Assembly (NCBI GenBank): GCA_043812795.1
Contig: JBDRLU010000069.1
Location: 31,308-95,307, forward strand
Source: Chloroflexota bacterium
GTDB lineage: Bacteria; Chloroflexota; Dehalococcoidia; Dehalococcoidales; UBA2162
Direction: 5' to 3'
Length of the DNA stretch: 64,000 nucleotides
The notes under the pieces are model-generated. The model had not been told where the DNA came from, did not search any database, and saw only the letters and a list, made by a program, of their open reading frames with translations. Of the stretch, positions 17,749 through 26,997 are shown piece after piece (the stretch's first letter is position 1; each line of letters begins with the position of its first letter). The position numbers and the translations under genes are program-made.

Positions 17749-18051
17749 ATGAGTTTTCAGGATAAATCACTCCGGTGTTCCGATTGCGGGGTTAGTTTCA
17801 CTTTTACCGTTGAGGAACAGGAATCCTTTCAGTCCAAAGGCTATACTAACGAGCCAAAGCGCTGTCCTACCTGCCGCCAGACCCGGAAATCAGAGCGCAA
17901 CACCGGCGATTCCAAGTACGGTTCCCCCCGTCAGATGTTTACCGCTACGTGCTCTGAGTGTGGCAAGGACGCCCAGGTACCATTTCAACCCACCAGTGGC
18001 CGGCCGGTGTATTGCAGCGATTGCTATCGAAAAGTCAGACCGGGTAGATAA
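17749..18051 (+). CDS. Zinc-ribbon protein with an additional C-terminal CxxC-x17-CxxC module
   Basis: The N-terminal 45 aa are paralogous to 15597..15791. The C-terminus is TCSECGKDAQVPFQPTSGRPVYCSDCYRK. Confidence 0.7.
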   Translation: MSFQDKSLRCSDCGVSFTFTVEEQESFQSKGYTNEPKRCPTCRQTRKSERNTGDSKYGSPRQMFTATCSECGKDAQVPFQPTSGRPVYCSDCYRKVRPGR

Positions 18052-18095
18052 CCTATAGTTTAACTTCAGGGACATAACCAGAAAAGGAGGCGGAA

Positions 18096-18221
18096 ATGTA
18101 CACTGGATTATTTATCTTAGGTGGCCTGTTTGTTGTCGGTTTTGTCGCACTCGTCGTTTTCAAGGTAAGAATGGGTAAAGCCGAAGTCAACAGATGGAAG
18201 TCTATAAATAAAACACAGTAA
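18096..18221 (+). CDS. Candidate 41-aa single-pass membrane peptide (below the ORF-track cutoff)
   Basis: AAAAGGAGG lies 5 nt upstream of the ATG. The translation is MYTGLFILGGLFVVGFVALVVFKVRMGKAEVNRWKSINKTQ. Confidence 0.35.
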   Translation: MYTGLFILGGLFVVGFVALVVFKVRMGKAEVNRWKSINKTQ

Positions 18222-18347
18222 GGCGTAGGCCATATCGCCCGTAGCCCGGCAGAAGTTTTCTTCCGGCGATTTCCATTCTCCTTTACCAAACCTGCCTGCC
18301 CGTGATATATAATGAGGTGATTGGTTCAATGAAGGGAAGGTGAAGGT

Positions 18348-18563
18348 ATGTTTATTGGTCTCGTACTGGTGGCGGTCGGCGTAATCGCTATTCTGGTCCA
18401 GACCGGCATATTGACCGGTTCCGTCTGGAGCTATACGTGGCCGATAATCCTTATTATTCTGGGGCTGCTTTTCATCACCCGGCGCTTCGGACGGCGCCAA
18501 AGGTGGTACCGCTGGTGGTACCCGCCGGGGTCGGAAGACGAGAAGAAAGACAGGACTGGATAG
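18348..18563 (+). CDS. Small two-TM membrane protein with a basic/Trp-rich tail (LiaF-N/DUF5668-like pattern)
   Basis: Two hydrophobic helices are followed by RRFGRRQRWYRWWYPPG. GAAGGTGAAGG precedes the ATG. Confidence 0.4.
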   Translation: MFIGLVLVAVGVIAILVQTGILTGSVWSYTWPIILIILGLLFITRRFGRRQRWYRWWYPPGSEDEKKDRTG

Positions 18564-18572
18564 TGGACGTCT

Positions 18573-19229
18573 CTATGCCTGTTTTTCGGTACCGGTAACG
18601 GGCGACTTGAGAATAATTTCTTCGAGCGGTAGGCGCGGGCGGGGTGGCGGTATTTTCCCGACTGGATAGCCGACGGGGACAACAGCTACGACTACCAGAT
18701 TATTCGGCAAACCGAAAAGACGGTTAATCTCGATAGCATGGGTAAAACCCCCGACCCAGCATGTCCCCAGCCCCAGGGCCGTCGCCATCAGCACCAGATG
18801 CTCGATAGCGATGAAACTGTTGGCCGTCAGCGGCCGTAGCAACTGGCCGCGTGGTGGCACGGGCAGGGATTCCAGATAGGCACGGTATTCGGCGTCAGCA
18901 AAACGGCCCGACCTCTCGGCACCGATGGCCGGCTCAAGTTCTTCATTCCTTTTCCTTCTCGCTTCCATCGAATACGCGTTAAGGTCGCCGAAACAGACGA
19001 TAACTACCGGTGCCTCGGTGACAAAGCGCTGGTCAAGACAGACGTGACCGAGCTGCCTTTTCAATTCCTTATCCCTCACCACCAGGAAACGCCAGGGCTG
19101 CCGGTTACTGCCCGAAGGCGCCAGCCGGGCTGCCTCGAGCATTTGTTTTATCATTTCTTCGGGGACGTCATCCGGCGCGAATCTACGGATACTGCGCCTC
19201 ACCTGAATCGCTTCCCATACCGATAACAT
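18573..19229 (-). CDS. Nitroreductase family protein
   Basis: AIQVRRSIRRF..APSGSNRQPWRF is the nitroreductase signature. GGGAGG precedes ATG 19229. Confidence 0.8.
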   Translation of the reverse strand: MLSVWEAIQVRRSIRRFAPDDVPEEMIKQMLEAARLAPSGSNRQPWRFLVVRDKELKRQLGHVCLDQRFVTEAPVVIVCFGDLNAYSMEARRKRNEELEPAIGAERSGRFADAEYRAYLESLPVPPRGQLLRPLTANSFIAIEHLVLMATALGLGTCWVGGFTHAIEINRLFGLPNNLVVVAVVPVGYPVGKIPPPRPRLPLEEIILKSPVTGTEKQA

Positions 19230-19449
19230 ATTTGCCTCCCGGATTGAATTAGGCCATGCTTTCCACACAGTCATGGCCTTCGTGCACTGACACTATACCT
19301 GTGTCATAATAGTAAGTCAAAAACATCTAAGATTGTTCCCTGTCTCTTCCCGCTGGAATATGGTCATTCTGCCCATTGACCGCAACTGGACAATCACCTA
19401 TTATTGACAATTAGTCAGACACTCCGACAAGCGGGAAATTGCGGCTCAA

Positions 19450-20679
19450 GTGAAAAGAATAGTTACGGCTGAAATAGTCGTTGTTATCATTATCATGGGA
19501 CTGAGCGTTCTGTCCCGTAGTATCCTCGACCCAATTATACCTCTTTACCTGACCTCAATTGGGATTGCTCCCACGGCGCTGGGCTTGATGCTGGCCGTCG
19601 CTATGGTGGGGATGGTGTTCGGTGAGACTACCGGCGGATGGATTGCCGATAGGATGGGCATAAGTATCCCGCTTGGGGTAGGTACCTTCGGTTGCGCCCC
19701 GATAGTACTTAGTTTTATCTTAACGTCCAATACATTGCTTATTTTCCTCATTTTCTTCTTATGGGGGGTCATCCGGTCGGCTATTTTCGGGCCCGGCCGC
19801 GGCTATATCGGCGGTAACGTACCTCTGACCCAGAAAGCCACCTTCATGGCGATTTTCTCCACTTCGATGGCGGCTTCCCGGAGCCTCGGTTCTTTCACCA
19901 GTGGCTTTATCGTTGATAGGTTGGGATATGACTGGAACTTTTACTTCTCTGCTTTCGCCACGTTCCTTGGTGGTGTGGCGGTAGTAATCGGGCTGAAGAA
20001 ACTACGCCAAAAGAAGGTGCTACCAATCGAAATCCAGCCTCCCCCCACCCCCCGTGACGTGCCCGAAATCACCGCCTCCAATCATGTATACAACCACTCC
20101 TTTATTCTTCAATGCACTATCGCCGCCCTTCGCTTCTTTGAAATGGGGGTGACCCATGCGTTTCTGCCTTTATTTGCTACGCAGGTCGTCGGGGTAGATG
20201 CCATAAAGGTGGGTATCCTCTTTACCGTCAGTGGCTTAGTTACCGCCGTATTGCTCATTCCAATGGGTAGGCTGGCCGACTGGAGGGGGAAGAAAGTTTT
20301 TATCATTGTTGGTCTGCTGCTCTCGGCTATTGCCATGGCCGGTATTGCCTTGGCCAGAAGCTTTCCCTGGCTCCTGGGGGCGGTCGTCTTGCAGGGTCTC
20401 AGCATGGCCATCTTCAGTCCGGCCGCCGTAGCCTTGCTGTCCGATACCGTGCCGCGCCATCGTCAGGGTACGGCCATGGGTATCTACGGTTCTGCTGAAG
20501 ATGTCGGGAATATTGTCGGTTCGGCTCTGGGCGGATTTGTCTGGGTGGCCGGAGGACCGCAGTTGACTTTCCTGACCGGTACCATTGCTTCCGGTCTGGG
20601 GGCACTGATTTGCTTCACTTTTATTAAAGAAAAGGTCATCAGAAGCCAGCCGCCGTCAACCGGATTGACTAATTCCTAG
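19450..20679 (+). CDS. MFS transporter
   Basis: About 12 predicted TM helices. GWIADRMG and GRLADWRGKK are MFS loop motifs. Confidence 0.85.
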   Translation: MKRIVTAEIVVVIIIMGLSVLSRSILDPIIPLYLTSIGIAPTALGLMLAVAMVGMVFGETTGGWIADRMGISIPLGVGTFGCAPIVLSFILTSNTLLIFLIFFLWGVIRSAIFGPGRGYIGGNVPLTQKATFMAIFSTSMAASRSLGSFTSGFIVDRLGYDWNFYFSAFATFLGGVAVVIGLKKLRQKKVLPIEIQPPPTPRDVPEITASNHVYNHSFILQCTIAALRFFEMGVTHAFLPLFATQVVGVDAIKVGILFTVSGLVTAVLLIPMGRLADWRGKKVFIIVGLLLSAIAMAGIALARSFPWLLGAVVLQGLSMAIFSPAAVALLSDTVPRHRQGTAMGIYGSAEDVGNIVGSALGGFVWVAGGPQLTFLTGTIASGLGALICFTFIKEKVIRSQPPSTGLTNS

Positions 20680-20749
20680 TATCCTGTGATAGCACCATCC
20701 GTCAGCAGCAATATGATATGATTAAATCAAGATTAATGCTTCAGAAAAA

Positions 20750-21838
20750 ATGAACCTTCAGGCTAACTGTAAAACCATGGCGATGGGTATCATGCCCCAC
20801 ACTGACGTGGAGCAAGCTTTAAACCTGGCGCTCAGCCTCGATATTCCTTTCTGGCCACAATTGCCCAAGATTGACTTCGGCGAGGATATGTACGCCCAAA
20901 CATCGCGCAATTTCCCCGGCATCATGGTAGATGTCGATAATGAAAAAATCAGCTTCAGTACCGCCAGATTCGAGGAGGAGGTAGCTGATTATTCACAGAA
21001 CATGGTCAAGCCGGAAACTTTTGCCCTGGATCCCAACCACTCCATCACGTACCACAGCTTCCTGTCTCGCGACCTCGGTCGCTATCCGGCTATCCGTGGG
21101 CAGATAACCGGGCCGGTCAGTTTCGGTTTCAGAGTCACCGATGAAAGCAACCGGCCCATTATTTATAACGATGGCATCAGAGCTCTGCTCTTCGATTTCA
21201 TCCAGAGAAAAACAAACTTCCAGTGCGGGCAGCTCAAAGAAAAGAACCCGAACGCCTTTGTCTGGCTCGACGAGCCGGGATTGGGCTGGGTCTTCAGCGG
21301 CCTCTCCGGCTACAGTGATATTCAGGCGAAACAGGACTACCGGGACCTCGTGGCCGGTCTGGATGGCATCAAAGCGTTACACCTCTGCGCTAATGTCAAC
21401 CTGCCTTACCTGCTAGACCTGGGGATTGGGCTTCTCTCTTTTGATGCCTATCAAATAGAACTTATGCCCAAGGGATACGCGAAAGCGGTAGCTGATTTTA
21501 TTGCTAAAGGTGGTGTTATCGCGTGGGGCATCATCCCCACTGATTCGGTTCGTCTCTTACAGGAGACACCGGAAACCCTGGTTAAATTACTCTCGGATTA
21601 CTGGGAAGTAATCTCGCAAAATGCTGGCCTGCCTGTCGAGCAAATTGCTTCCCAGTCCCTGCTGGCCCCGGCACGGTGTTGCCTGAGAAACATTGGCCGG
21701 GTCGGTGCCAGCGATGATGCGAAGGCCTGTGAACGTCCTGAGCGGAAGGCCGAGGAAGAACTGGTGGAAAAGGCGTTCGATTATCTGAGTGCCGTTTCGG
21801 CCATGCTCAAAAATAAGTTTAATTTCAAGAATACATGA
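20750..21838 (+). CDS. UROD/MetE-C-like TIM-barrel superfamily protein (putative methyltransferase; family uncertain)
   Basis: The N-terminal pattern GIMPHTD..A....L..DIPFWPQLP is reminiscent of cobalamin-independent methionine-synthase-like proteins. No catalytic motif was verified. Confidence 0.35.
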   Translation: MNLQANCKTMAMGIMPHTDVEQALNLALSLDIPFWPQLPKIDFGEDMYAQTSRNFPGIMVDVDNEKISFSTARFEEEVADYSQNMVKPETFALDPNHSITYHSFLSRDLGRYPAIRGQITGPVSFGFRVTDESNRPIIYNDGIRALLFDFIQRKTNFQCGQLKEKNPNAFVWLDEPGLGWVFSGLSGYSDIQAKQDYRDLVAGLDGIKALHLCANVNLPYLLDLGIGLLSFDAYQIELMPKGYAKAVADFIAKGGVIAWGIIPTDSVRLLQETPETLVKLLSDYWEVISQNAGLPVEQIASQSLLAPARCCLRNIGRVGASDDAKACERPERKAEEELVEKAFDYLSAVSAMLKNKFNFKNT

Positions 21839-21883
21839 GGCGTATTACGTCAAATTACTTCGGCGATTGGGGGAATAGGTTTT

Positions 21884-21913
21884 AAGAGAGTCCCGACACG
21901 TCGGGACTCTCTT
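21884..21913 (+). terminator. Rho-independent terminator after 20750..21838
   Basis: AAGAGAGTCCCGA-cacg-TCGGGACTCTCTT is a 13-bp stem followed by TCTTCTTTCGGTTT. Confidence 0.7.
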
Positions 21914-22006
21914 TCTTCTTTCGGTTTCTCCTTTACAAGGCTTTGCACTGCACCTTCGGTTCGTGGTCGTAAGACCAATGAGATATACGTCGGCCGAGAT
22001 AGGCGG

Positions 22007-23209
22007 CTAATCCTCCTGGCTATCTCCGTTGCTCCGAGACAAGGAGGGCACCAGTTCGGCGGCATCGGTCAACTTTCGAAGGTTCGCTTCGTTTCTCTCA
22101 CTGTTGGTCTTGTTCTTTTTAATTAATCCAGGCATTTTATCATAGTATTTCCATACCTTCTCCACAAAGCTCAACCGGGACACAATAACCGTGATCGTCA
22201 ACGTAGCAGCTCCATTAGGATAGTCGCCATATCTGACGATAGCGTCAGGAACCAACTCACCCATATATTCGGAGAGGTCCTTGACCAGGTTGACATTCAT
22301 TTCTTTGGTCGGTGCTGATAACAGATAAAGTGCACTGGACGAATCTTTAGGCTCGCATTTGAGCGATAGGTTGCTGATAGCCTCATCCATGGCGTGTAAG
22401 CCTTTGTGGGTTTCAGTAATCTTGTTTCTGAAATGTTTCCGCCGCCAAAAAGGAAGCTTAATCACCGGCAATTGCGATGAGCCGTAGCCAATTGCCGTCC
22501 AGCCGCTCAAAGTCTCAATGATGTCGCCCGCATCCAGTAGCTTGGCACCGATACGTTTGACCTTTTTCTCCTCACCGGCGCAAAGCAAATCGTAGAATGG
22601 AGCGGCGACTAATTTGTTGATGGCACCGATATTATTTATGAGAGAGGCGTCCTTCTCGATGTACCGCTGGTTATCAACCAGGAACACTGCGTTCGCTACC
22701 GAGTAAGTCCCCTTGAGGCACGTGGCCGTATTATGAAACGTCCTGCCATCCGTTTTCTCTTCGTGTTCGAAGGGTAACACAAGAAGGGCGTAGACCGGCC
22801 TGTGCTTGAAGCGGTCTTTTATTGCCTGTACCATCACCGGTACCGAACCTGAACCGGTGCCGCCGGCAGCACCGGCGATGACCATGAACGCGTCTGCCTC
22901 GTATAATTGTTCATGTGACTTTAGAGCGTCTAGAACCTTGTCGCCGTCTTCCTCAGCTATTTCGGCAGCTAATTCGTTCACCTTACCGACACCATGACCG
23001 CTCGTCCGGCGGGCCCCGATTACGATTCTATGCTGGTAATCAGACCTTATCGCTGACAAGCCGCTCAGGTCAGCGGTGTCTGTGTTTACTGCGAAAGTGT
23101 CGATAATCACATTGATTCGACGATGAGAACAAGCCCTGGAATTCAATCGACAAAACTCGTCGGCAATCCTGCCGCCACACTGTCCAAAACCGATAACCGC
23201 TAGTTTCAT
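22007..23209 (-). CDS. Tubulin/FtsZ-superfamily GTPase, CetZ-like
   Basis: MKLAVIGFGQCGGRI (T1 loop of GQxG type), GHGVGKVNELAAEIAEED, tubulin signature GAAGGTGSGSVP, VFLVDN, T7-like LDAGDIIETL. AAAAGGAGG precedes the ATG. Confidence 0.75.
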   Translation of the reverse strand: MKLAVIGFGQCGGRIADEFCRLNSRACSHRRINVIIDTFAVNTDTADLSGLSAIRSDYQHRIVIGARRTSGHGVGKVNELAAEIAEEDGDKVLDALKSHEQLYEADAFMVIAGAAGGTGSGSVPVMVQAIKDRFKHRPVYALLVLPFEHEEKTDGRTFHNTATCLKGTYSVANAVFLVDNQRYIEKDASLINNIGAINKLVAAPFYDLLCAGEEKKVKRIGAKLLDAGDIIETLSGWTAIGYGSSQLPVIKLPFWRRKHFRNKITETHKGLHAMDEAISNLSLKCEPKDSSSALYLLSAPTKEMNVNLVKDLSEYMGELVPDAIVRYGDYPNGAATLTITVIVSRLSFVEKVWKYYDKMPGLIKKNKTNSERNEANLRKLTDAAELVPSLSRSNGDSQED

Positions 23210-23546
23210 TTCTGACCTCCTTTTGAAGACTTAGTCCTTTCGTTTTATCACGGTTTGGGCTTAAGACTCCGGCGCCTTGCGAGAGCCCAGCCACATTTCG
23301 CGGCTCTTATCTGGAGTCTTTGTCTGCATCCATCACCTCCTTTTAGCTAACAACCGATAGCTAAAGACTGTAGCTTCTTGTATCTCCTCCACTGAATATC
23401 GGCCCTGTTAAGGCAGATATCCCTATATCATTATCCTGTGTTGATACTGAGATAGGAAGGCTCAAAAGGAGTAAGTCTACCAACCGAAAGGTGAATTGTT
23501 TTGAGCTAAAAGGGCAAAATATTATGATTAAAAGAGGAAAATTGCA

Positions 23547-23575
23547 TTTACAGCCCTGAAGCCCTATGATATAAT
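23547..23575 (+). promoter_or_regulatory. Candidate sigma-70 promoter for rpsO-pnp
   Basis: TTTACA, then a 17-nt spacer, then TATAAT. It lies about 60 nt upstream of the rpsO start. Confidence 0.45.
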
Positions 23576-23635
23576 TCGTTTATTTCAGGATACTCCATAT
23601 TTAATAGAGTAGCCCACATCAAGGAAGGTGTAATT

Positions 23636-23899
23636 TTGGATAAAGAGAAAAAGACAGAAGTCATGAGTACCTATGCCCGGCATGAAGGGGATACTGGCTC
23701 AGCCGAGGTACAGATAGCGCTACTTACCGAAAGGATAAACCAGTTGACCGGACACATGGCGGCCAATCGTCATGACTATCATACGCGGTATGGCTTGATT
23801 AGACTGGTCGGACAGAGACGGAAATTACTGGCTTACCTCAGCCGTGAAGATGTCAGTCGGTATAACGCCCTGATTAGCCGGCTCGGACTGCGTAAGTAA
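23636..23899 (+). CDS. rpsO: 30S ribosomal protein S15
   Basis: HEGDTGSAEVQIALLTERINQLTGHMAANRHDYHTRYGLIRLVGQRRKLLAYL. Confidence 0.92.
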   Translation: MDKEKKTEVMSTYARHEGDTGSAEVQIALLTERINQLTGHMAANRHDYHTRYGLIRLVGQRRKLLAYLSREDVSRYNALISRLGLRK

Positions 23900-23922
23900 G
23901 AACGGAAGAGGTGAAATAACTA

Positions 23923-26121
23923 TTGCCTAATATTCAAACTTTTCAACATGAAATAGGCGGCCGGCAACTTATTATCGAGACAGGTAGGTTTGCCGAACAG
24001 GCGGATGCCGCAGTCACTGTCCGCTACGGGGATACCCTCGTTCTGGTCACTCTCGGTATCGGTAAAGAGCCACGCGAAGGCGTGGACTTTCTCCCACTAA
24101 CTATAGATTATGAAGAAAGGCTCTATGCCGCCGGCAAGATTCCAGGCGGCTTCATCCGACGGGAAGGCCGTCCGAGCCAGGAGGCAACCCTGGCCAGCCG
24201 GCTGACCGACCGGCCTTTGCGTCCGTTACTACCCAAGCAGTGGCGCCGTGAAATACAGATTATTATCACGGTGCTTTCCGCCGACCAGGAGAACGATGCG
24301 GACTTGCTAGCCGTTATCGGCAGTTCGGCGGCCCTAGCGATGTCAGAAATACCATTCGGCGGTCCGGTAGGCACCGTCCGTGTCGGCTATGTCGACGACC
24401 AGTTAATACTGAATCCTACCTTACACCAGCTTGGCGATAGCCAGCTTGACCTGGTTGTCGCCAGCACCCGGGATAAAGTCGTTATGCTTGAAGCCGGGGC
24501 GGAAGAAGTAAGTGAGGAGATTATTTTCAAGGCAATCCAGTTCGGTCACGAGGCCAATAAGGCTATCATCGAACTGCAGGAGCAGCTTCAGCAGGCCTGC
24601 GGCAAAGCCAAAGCCGAGGTCCCGGTCAGCCAGATTAATCCGGAAGTGACGAGCGCCGTCTCGCCCCTCATTGATGAGAAACTGGCATCAGCGGTGAGCT
24701 TATCTAACAAGGCACAGCGCGACGAAAAGCTCACCGAACTCCAGAATGAGCTCATCGAGCGTTTCGGGGAATCACTACCGGCCAAAGACATACTGTCTGT
24801 CCTCGACATGAGAATCAAGGCTGAGATAAGGAACAGTATTCTGGACAAGGGACAGCGGGTCAGCGGCCGGAAACTGGACGAGATACGCCCGTTGAGTTGC
24901 GAGGTCCGTTTGTTGCCGCGAACTCACGGTTCGGGCCTGTTTACCCGCGGGCAGACTCAGGTACTGACCATTACCACCCTGGGTTCGATGCGGGAAGTAC
25001 AGCAGCTCGACGGCCTTGGCATCGAGGAGACCAAACGGTTTATGCATCATTACAATATGCCGCCGTTTTCCACCGGTGAAGTAAAACGTATCGGTACCCC
25101 CGGGCGCCGCGAAATCGGGCACGGGGCACTGGTCGAGCGTTCTCTTGAGCCGGTATTACCCGAAGAGAAGGCATTCCCCTATACGATTCGTCTTGTCTCC
25201 GAAGTACTTAGCTCAAGTGGGAGTACTTCGATGGCGAGCGTCTGCGCCAGCAGCTTGTCTTTGATGGATGCCGGCGTGCCGATAACCTCTCCAGTCGCCG
25301 GGATAGCTATGGGACTCGTTACCGATGACGCCGGCAGATACACTGTGCTGACGGACATTGAGGGTATCGAAGACAACTATGGGGACATGGACTTTAAGGT
25401 GGCCGGTACCCGTGATGGTGTCACCGGGGTCCAGATGGATACTAAAATCAAGGGCCTGACCATGGAAATCGTCGAAAAAACACTGGCTCAGGCCAGAGAA
25501 GCTCGCCTCTTTATCCTGGATGTCATGCAACAAACAATCAGCGGCAGCCGCACCGAACTCAGCCAATATGCCCCCCGAATGTACCGGATAACCATCCCGC
25601 AGGAAAAAATCGGCGCGGTTATCGGCCCCGGCGGCAAGACAATTCGGTCGATAATCGAGGAGACAAAAACGACTATTGATATCGAAGATGATGGTACCGT
25701 TCTGGTTGGTTCCACGGATGAGACGGCTGCCCGCCGTGCCATCGGCATTATCGAGAATATGACTAAAGAGGTGGAAGTCGGTGCCATCTATACCGGGAAA
25801 GTAACCCGCCTTTTTAATTTCGGGGCTATGGTCGAGATTTTGCCGGGGAAAGAAGGCCTGGTTCATATCAGCGAGCTGGCCGACTATCACGTCGCCAGTG
25901 TCGAAGACGTTGTCGATGTCGGCGATGAGGTTATGGTTAAGGTAATCAACATTGATAACCAGGGAAGAATAAACCTGTCGCGGCGAGCGGTGCTGGGCAA
26001 AGGGTCCGAATCAACAGCCGAGAGAAGTGCCGCACCGGAGCGTTCGCCACATGGTGGCCGGCCGCAGCGTGACGAACGCGAACATAATTCACGTCCCTAC
26101 CATGACCGCCGGCCCCGGTAA
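23923..26121 (+). CDS. pnp: Polyribonucleotide nucleotidyltransferase (PNPase)
   Basis: Two RNase PH domains plus KH plus S1 (GAIYTGKVTRLFNFGAMVEILPGKEGLVHISEL). This is the conserved rpsO-pnp pair. Confidence 0.92.
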   Translation: MPNIQTFQHEIGGRQLIIETGRFAEQADAAVTVRYGDTLVLVTLGIGKEPREGVDFLPLTIDYEERLYAAGKIPGGFIRREGRPSQEATLASRLTDRPLRPLLPKQWRREIQIIITVLSADQENDADLLAVIGSSAALAMSEIPFGGPVGTVRVGYVDDQLILNPTLHQLGDSQLDLVVASTRDKVVMLEAGAEEVSEEIIFKAIQFGHEANKAIIELQEQLQQACGKAKAEVPVSQINPEVTSAVSPLIDEKLASAVSLSNKAQRDEKLTELQNELIERFGESLPAKDILSVLDMRIKAEIRNSILDKGQRVSGRKLDEIRPLSCEVRLLPRTHGSGLFTRGQTQVLTITTLGSMREVQQLDGLGIEETKRFMHHYNMPPFSTGEVKRIGTPGRREIGHGALVERSLEPVLPEEKAFPYTIRLVSEVLSSSGSTSMASVCASSLSLMDAGVPITSPVAGIAMGLVTDDAGRYTVLTDIEGIEDNYGDMDFKVAGTRDGVTGVQMDTKIKGLTMEIVEKTLAQAREARLFILDVMQQTISGSRTELSQYAPRMYRITIPQEKIGAVIGPGGKTIRSIIEETKTTIDIEDDGTVLVGSTDETAARRAIGIIENMTKEVEVGAIYTGKVTRLFNFGAMVEILPGKEGLVHISELADYHVASVEDVVDVGDEVMVKVINIDNQGRINLSRRAVLGKGSESTAERSAAPERSPHGGRPQRDEREHNSRPYHDRRPR

Positions 26122-26193
26122 AGGATGACCAAAAGAACAGAATACGGGGGAAATTATATCCGGATTTCCCAATAGACTTTCAGGAGTCGGGTA

Positions 26194-26988
26194 GTGCCGC
26201 CAATAAACGTAGTCATCAACGGAGCACTCGGTAAGATGGGACGGGAAATGACCAATGCCCTCTGCCGTGAGCCAGAAATAAAAATAGTGGGTGCCGTCGA
26301 GCTAAAAGCTACTGAAGACTCCTTGCCCTTACCCGATGGGTCGGGTAAAGTCCCTCTCTCGGCTGATTTGGAAGCCGTACTAGCTTTGTGCCAGGCTGAT
26401 GTACTGGTTGATTTTTCGGTGGCTAAGGCAACGATGCCGGCGGCCCGCATCGCCGCCAAACACCAGGTCAATCTGGTCATCGGGACGACCGGTCTGACCA
26501 GCGATGATATCGACGAGATTGGGCGATTAGCCACCACCAATAAGATTGGCGCGGTCGTGGCGCCGAACTTTGCCCTGGGGGCTATTTTGATGATGCACCT
26601 GGCTAAAATAGCCGCCAAATATCTGGATTATGCTGAAATTATTGAGCTCCATCACCACCTGAAAGCCGATGCACCTTCAGGTACGGCTATCGCCACAGCG
26701 AAGGCCATGTCCCAATCTAAAGGTAAGCCATTTTCCGAGCCGCCGAGCAATGCCCAGGCTTTTCCCAGTCGTGGTGATTGCGTGGAGGGTATTACCATTC
26801 ATAGCGTGCGTCTGCCCGGTTTGATGGCCCACCAGGAGGTAATCTTGGGAACGCTCGGTCAGACCCTGAGCATACGGCATGACACCATAAACCGGGAATG
26901 TTACGTGCCGGGAGTCTTACTTGCCATCAAGGAAGTGATGAAACACCAGGGGCTAATCTTTGGCCTGGATGCTCTACTCGGTTTGTAG
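26194..26988 (+). CDS. dapB: 4-hydroxy-tetrahydrodipicolinate reductase
   Basis: INGALGKMG..IGTTG..APNFALGA..ELHHHLKADAPSGTA. Confidence 0.9.
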   Translation: MPPINVVINGALGKMGREMTNALCREPEIKIVGAVELKATEDSLPLPDGSGKVPLSADLEAVLALCQADVLVDFSVAKATMPAARIAAKHQVNLVIGTTGLTSDDIDEIGRLATTNKIGAVVAPNFALGAILMMHLAKIAAKYLDYAEIIELHHHLKADAPSGTAIATAKAMSQSKGKPFSEPPSNAQAFPSRGDCVEGITIHSVRLPGLMAHQEVILGTLGQTLSIRHDTINRECYVPGVLLAIKEVMKHQGLIFGLDALLGL

Positions 26989-26997
26989 GAGGTGGTG

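Noticed and set aside
21850-22065. 71-aa minus-strand ORF downstream of the CetZ-like gene.
   Set aside because: It runs through the strong terminator hairpin at 21884-21913 and overlaps the 3' end of the CetZ-like gene. The translation is low-complexity.
23070-23294. 74-aa minus-strand ORF overlapping the CetZ-like start.
   Set aside because: It is out of frame with the well-supported CetZ-like gene and overlaps it. It has no SD and no domain signal.
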